Shown: positions 60,601 through 64,000 of the stretch, in pieces
How positions within the stretch are numbered: position 1 is the first letter of the stretch
Layout: the number at the start of each line of letters is the position of its first letter
DNA from: Bacteroidia bacterium
GTDB taxonomy: Bacteria > Bacteroidota > Bacteroidia > NS11-12g > UBA955
Direction of reading: 5' to 3'
Assembly: GCA_044368575.1 (NCBI GenBank)
Contig: JBIPPH010000001.1
Coordinates: forward strand, 65,663 to 129,662
Length of the DNA stretch: 64,000 nucleotides
Notes under the pieces: generated by a model
What the model was told of the DNA's origin: nothing
What the model saw: the letters and a program-made list of their open reading frames with translations, nothing else
Databases searched by the model: none
Made by a program: the position numbers and the translations under genes

Positions 60601-62802
60601 GCGCTATTGGGCATAGATATCAATGATGTTAATGATACCAGTATTTTAGATTTGATATGGAACGGCAAAGGCACACTTGGGAATCCATTAACAGGCAGCA
60701 GAGGCTGTATTGATACCACAGGCTTTGGTCATCAAATTCATTACCGATACCAAATATTAAAGGCAACAGTTTTACATTTCAGAGACAGTAGCTTAATGCC
60801 CTATGATACCTTTAGCATTCACAATATTGATCGCCAAGCCTATGCTTTTAGAGTAAAGCGTCAATCCTCTTATAACATATACAGGGCAGTGTCGTCATTG
60901 TATCCTGGCTTTTGTACTTTGAGTGATTTTGTAACAGTAGCAGTTGGTTTTAAATCAAAAATCACCTTTTCAGACTCCATTATTTGCAGAGGGCAAACCA
61001 TTGAAGCCAAACCTGAATTCAAATATTTCAGTACCGACTCAGCCACCTTTAATGCCTATGATAGCAACGATTATTGGTACAGTCGAAGAGCTCAAGCAGG
61101 CAGTTGGCATAGAGAAGGTGTTACTATTTGGGATTATTCTAAAGCAGACGACAATCCCAATCAACCCAATACGGTTTTTGGCAATTTTCCATATGTTAAA
61201 AAAGGATATGCGCCTTCTGTTTTGTTAGGCAATGAACCAAATGGTATTTATTACCGTACACCAGGTGTTTTCACTTTAAGAGTATTAGGCATAGATAGTA
61301 ATCAATGTACTGATACTTTTAAGCAAAACATCTATGTTACAGGGCCTAAAGCTGGGTTTTATACTGATATCGTTACCCCTAATTGTAAGACCATTTTAGA
61401 GTTTTTTGACACCTCTTACATCGTTGATCCATGTCAAAAAGCAGGGCTTTCACCTTGTGATTTTATTTATCAATGGACCATTGATTTTGGAGATGGCTCA
61501 CCGGTATTAGATTATTTTAAACAATTGCCTAAGCAAATTGGTCACGACTATACTAAGAATGGCTATTATCAAATTAAATTGACCATTCAATCTGTATTAG
61601 GGTGTGTTGACACCGTTTCTCATTGGGTATTTATTCCTGGTCCAAGCCCTGACTTTAAGCCGATTAGTTCAGTTTACATTTGTGTAGGTGATTCAGTACA
61701 ATTTAAAAATTTAGGGAAGAACTTTACTGGCTCTTCTCAATGGTTATGGAATTTTGGTGACACCTACTTTGCGCCTCAAAAAGACACCAGTAGCATAGCT
61801 CATAGGTATATGAAAGCAGGTGTTTACGATGTCTACCTCACTCAATTTGATAGCATACCTCAAACCGGAAAATACTGCGCAAATACTTTCCCTGATACTG
61901 CCAAACAGCAGGCAAAAATTACGGTTTACGTAAGTGATTGGGATCAATTCAATTTGAAAGCCAATCCGATGATTGTTTGTGTAGGAGACTCTATTCGTAT
62001 TCAAGCCCAATTAACTTCTGTACATGCCTATAAGCAATACCATTGGCAAGTCAATCAAATGAACATTACCAATCAAACATTAAACTGGGGATTTGTGCCT
62101 CAACAATCAGGGGCTTACACCATTACATGGCAGCCAGATACTGCAGGCATTGGATTGCCTTATTGCCCTGATAACGATACTGTAACAGTATACGCTGATA
62201 GTGTACTGGCAGACTTTACCATTGATGAAAGTCAAAAGCCGATTTATTGTTTTGATAATACTTCAAAATATGCAGTGGAGTATAGATGGGGCTTCTATCA
62301 TGATACGGATATCACATTTAAGCATTTAGCGTTTAAGCAGGATCAGCAACAATTTGAACCTGAAAGAAGGATTTGTCAGAATTTTTCAGAGCACCAAGGG
62401 GTTAATTGGATTTGTTTAGAAGCGATTAATCCTAGAGGCTGTGTCGATACAGTTTGTAAAAAAATCAACAATGATTTTGAAGTGGCCATATTACCACCCA
62501 ATGTGTTTACACCTTCAGGAAATGATGGATTTAAAGGCACAGATAGAGAAGGCTTAGAGGGGAATAACGTCTTTAATATCTACACTAAGAATGTAGCGGA
62601 TTACCATTTGCAAGTATTTGATCGCTGGGGCGTGAAGGTGTTTGAAAGTGATCATTGGTCATATGATTGGAATGGCAAAGTCATGAATACTGGAACAGAT
62701 TGCCCAGACGGCACTTATTATTATATTTTGAATTACCGCTATGTTGGTCGTGATAAAGATGAACCAATTTTAAATGGGGTTGTTCGATTGATCAGAGAAT
62801 AA
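57691..62802 (+). CDS. giant secreted Cys-rich PKD-repeat protein with T9SS type-B (gliding-motility-associated) C-terminal sorting domain
   Basis: 1703 aa with a signal peptide (ASFKLQA-QC). PKD-like WxFGDG modules occur (YWDFGDGTKDS, WTIDFGDGSPV, WNFGDTYF). The C-terminal ~100 aa (about 62491-62799), NVFTPSGNDGFKG...YYYILNY...GVVRLIRE, matches the type-B CTD pattern. Confidence 0.8.
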   Translation: MNIKRWVFIAFLVLASFKLQAQCYIVVKGLPCKNNPIQFSVTPNGTTNPSWNFNNEGFNNSNVNPTFTFSTIGTKTITYSCRLPNGQVCNASTTIVIKDQPKVNLRLLNASIQCYDNNQFCFVDSSMSGDNNYCIKTIKYLFSDGELITRYGSKNAPVKMPFSFCKSYLDPQGGAYSLTVEIEDCNGCIIKQQLPFVMKVELLPVLFATSDEKTSHCSGSVNVKFTNSSQITKSNIKSFYWDFGDGTKDSTQWDSVYHQYSSCSDMSKGFSPKLVVYTLNGCRTEFALKDVIVYNFKPYITKDKDSICVGDVIHFELHPSAMKTYIDDSKVRWDFDPGLQYGYDVTNGFSELGPHIIGCYVPHACGPYILKDTVVVIGPKARIEPDFISSLERYQCKIRDTVNVVDRSEFYHNDSNFLNDDSLLDETPNHFKYAFKYDPKLGRMVTIHPYDYLRSKDHVKRLWDFDDPYCLPCTTDRKKGQNVDRNCRYSLDSSEQHIYSDWDSVYAYWYAKLPLQWQFYDPVTKSCRKGAVWTQDSLLAVVDSVVYYGDNVLGIAAKDSSIFSGKKRKIKIASGLFNQGSYSVYSDLLVYVPNGSSVLINPMNGNPGYSVPGPQYYKVLANQTLEVQNGQSCYFVYGLKQFYDTLLPNAVKPYHSLVHKVALPIAQTDTINANLHRRLFYKTIARCFKISLTLKDTVHPFKCESRAGADLALMPPSAKRLSIDDQYCYGYDFKVIEFNLEDTKPGCMASFVQFNPDYVKNPNNWLLLNNLTYGEINRNVFLNATGPYTGYAKEGPNGGKFFWVYNDSILDKNAYQALNIGLIIGNGIQPNECVDTVLYQNFASFPRLKPDIVFATNNASEEHTCKDTFVYVTLPFDRKDANALADASSWYIIDNWKGDTLEQIDEQYRRVVDHWAYPGKKVNYTVIVRYKWVNAWPTEYKRDTIVTAIVNAYKPFALPGVGLKQLRQRLALLGIDINDVNDTSILDLIWNGKGTLGNPLTGSRGCIDTTGFGHQIHYRYQILKATVLHFRDSSLMPYDTFSIHNIDRQAYAFRVKRQSSYNIYRAVSSLYPGFCTLSDFVTVAVGFKSKITFSDSIICRGQTIEAKPEFKYFSTDSATFNAYDSNDYWYSRRAQAGSWHREGVTIWDYSKADDNPNQPNTVFGNFPYVKKGYAPSVLLGNEPNGIYYRTPGVFTLRVLGIDSNQCTDTFKQNIYVTGPKAGFYTDIVTPNCKTILEFFDTSYIVDPCQKAGLSPCDFIYQWTIDFGDGSPVLDYFKQLPKQIGHDYTKNGYYQIKLTIQSVLGCVDTVSHWVFIPGPSPDFKPISSVYICVGDSVQFKNLGKNFTGSSQWLWNFGDTYFAPQKDTSSIAHRYMKAGVYDVYLTQFDSIPQTGKYCANTFPDTAKQQAKITVYVSDWDQFNLKANPMIVCVGDSIRIQAQLTSVHAYKQYHWQVNQMNITNQTLNWGFVPQQSGAYTITWQPDTAGIGLPYCPDNDTVTVYADSVLADFTIDESQKPIYCFDNTSKYAVEYRWGFYHDTDITFKHLAFKQDQQQFEPERRICQNFSEHQGVNWICLEAINPRGCVDTVCKKINNDFEVAILPPNVFTPSGNDGFKGTDREGLEGNNVFNIYTKNVADYHLQVFDRWGVKVFESDHWSYDWNGKVMNTGTDCPDGTYYYILNYRYVGRDKDEPILNGVVRLIRE

Positions 62803-62844
62803 GCCTATAGAAGTTTTTGATGCTAATTTAAGCCAAATTGAGCT

Positions 62845-62852
62845 TAACTTTG
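62845..62852 (+). promoter_or_regulatory. -7 type promoter box TAACTTTG
   Basis: Exact match 4 nt upstream of the ATG at 62857. Confidence 0.5.
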
Positions 62853-62856
62853 TGGC

Positions 62857-63741
62857 ATGGAATCACCTATTAAACCCTTAGAATTAATTGTAGCTCCCCC
62901 TGCTTATCATATGGTAGGCGATGGATTTAGAGTGCATAATTTTATACCATCCGTTTATCGATTAGACATGCACCGCATGGATCCTTTTATCATGATGGAT
63001 TACAATTCTAAGTTTATGTTTCAGCCAAGTCCTCAACAAAGAGGCGTTGGTGTGCATCCGCACAGAGGGTTTGAAACCGTTACCTTGGCCTACCATGGAA
63101 GGGTAGCGCATCATGACAGTGCAGGCAATAGCGGCATAATAGGCGAAGGAGAAGTCCAATGGATGACTGCTGCCTCAGGGGTTTTGCACAAAGAATACCA
63201 TGAAAAATCCTTCAGTGAATCAGGAGGGTATTTTCAGATGGTTCAATTGTGGGTTAATTTACCTGCCAAAGACAAAATGAGCCCGCCCAAATACCAAGCC
63301 ATTACAAGATCTGATATTCAGCCTGTCATTTTGGATGAACAGGGCAGCCGTTTGGAATTAGTCGCAGGGTTTTATAAAGATCAAAAAGGACCTGCCTCCA
63401 CTTTTACACCAGTGCATATTTCTTCGGCTTATCTCAAACAAAATGGCGAAATAAGCATGCAATTTCCTGCTCATTATACAGTGTGTGTAGTGGCAATAGA
63501 AGGCGAAGTCATTGTTAACGCTGAAGATGTCTTGCCTCAAGACCATTTGGGTTTGTTTCAAAATCAAGGTGAAAGTTTTACGCTTCAGGCAAAAGGAGAT
63601 GCGGCTATTTTAATTTTGGCTGGCGAACCAATCAAAGAACCAATTGCCGCTCATGGCCCATTTGTAATGAATACAAGAGCTGAATTGGTTCAAGCCTTTA
63701 ATGATTTTAATGCAGGCCTGTTCGGAGAATTAGCCGATTAA
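62857..63741 (+). CDS. pirin family protein
   Basis: 294 aa; the cupin metal site GVHPHRGFETVT...AHHDS and the WVNLP motif. Confidence 0.9.
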   Translation: MESPIKPLELIVAPPAYHMVGDGFRVHNFIPSVYRLDMHRMDPFIMMDYNSKFMFQPSPQQRGVGVHPHRGFETVTLAYHGRVAHHDSAGNSGIIGEGEVQWMTAASGVLHKEYHEKSFSESGGYFQMVQLWVNLPAKDKMSPPKYQAITRSDIQPVILDEQGSRLELVAGFYKDQKGPASTFTPVHISSAYLKQNGEISMQFPAHYTVCVVAIEGEVIVNAEDVLPQDHLGLFQNQGESFTLQAKGDAAILILAGEPIKEPIAAHGPFVMNTRAELVQAFNDFNAGLFGELAD

Positions 63742-63770
63742 TAGTTTAGACTTTTTCTTATCTTCGCAGC

Positions 63771-64000
63771 ATGGAAATGGAATCTGTGCTGAAGTCTGAT
63801 ATTGCTCATGTATTGAATAAATTATATGGGCATACCCTCAGTCTTGAATCGATTAAACTGGAGCAAACCAATGCCGATTTTAAAGGCGATTACACTTTAG
63901 TTACTTTTCCTTTCGTTAGGCTATCTAAACAAAGCCCCGAACAAACGGCCAATGCTATAGGCGAGGCATTAATGGAGCAAAGTACTATGCTCAACAGCTT
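63771..64000 (+). CDS. argS: arginine--tRNA ligase, N-terminal part (partial, runs off window)
   Basis: An open frame from ATG 63771 to the window end, MEMESVLKSDIAHVLNKLYGHTLSLESIKLEQTNADFKGDYTLVTFPF, resembles the ArgRS N-terminal additional domain. A near-consensus box TATCTTCG lies 4 nt upstream. Confidence 0.65.
   Translation, partial: MEMESVLKSDIAHVLNKLYGHTLSLESIKLEQTNADFKGDYTLVTFPFVRLSKQSPEQTANAIGEALMEQSTMLNS

Overview
AT-rich chromosomal segment from a member of Bacteroidota. Lineage evidence: TAnnTTTG (-7 type) promoter boxes, many lipoprotein signal peptides, a T9SS type-B C-terminal sorting domain, and an EF-P with an HRTPGNLRAF loop; the order or family is not resolvable by eye. 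Most of the window is core housekeeping. It carries pyrG and kdsB, rpsT and rpsU. It carries the conserved block tRNA-Thr/Tyr/Gly/Thr, tuf, tRNA-Trp, secE, nusG, rplKAJL, rpoBC. It then has efp, cmk, ddl, rnc-fabF-acpP, asd and the 5' end of argS. No rRNA, CRISPR array, IS element or prophage was recognised. Three regions are less ordinary. (1) 6.2-10.5 kb holds a cobalamin riboswitch, followed by a BtuB-size TonB-dependent receptor, a beta-propeller surface lipoprotein and a BtuF-like binding lipoprotein, with no ABC permease or ATPase. (2) 10.5-15.4 kb is the best candidate for an undescribed system: five translationally coupled envelope genes with their own promoter box. They encode an MBOAT acyltransferase, a DltD/SGNH-like partner, a CPxC thioredoxin-fold lipoprotein, a lipoprotein combining a CxxCH haem-c motif with a PHM/DBH-like two-copper monooxygenase retaining all six canonical Cu ligands, and a lysozyme-like protein. 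(3) 57.7-62.8 kb encodes a 1703-aa Cys-rich PKD-repeat protein with a T9SS type-B CTD. Sequence-level observations: a recurrent TAnnTTTG-N4-10-start codon architecture that implies leaderless or near-leaderless mRNAs and corrects several longest-ORF starts; a perfect 16-nt palindrome forming crossed divergent promoter boxes; an rpsU terminator hairpin containing the only plausible recombinase start codon; and an EF-P with Asn at the normally modified Lys/Arg tip position. All functional calls come from motif reading of the supplied translations; no database search was run.
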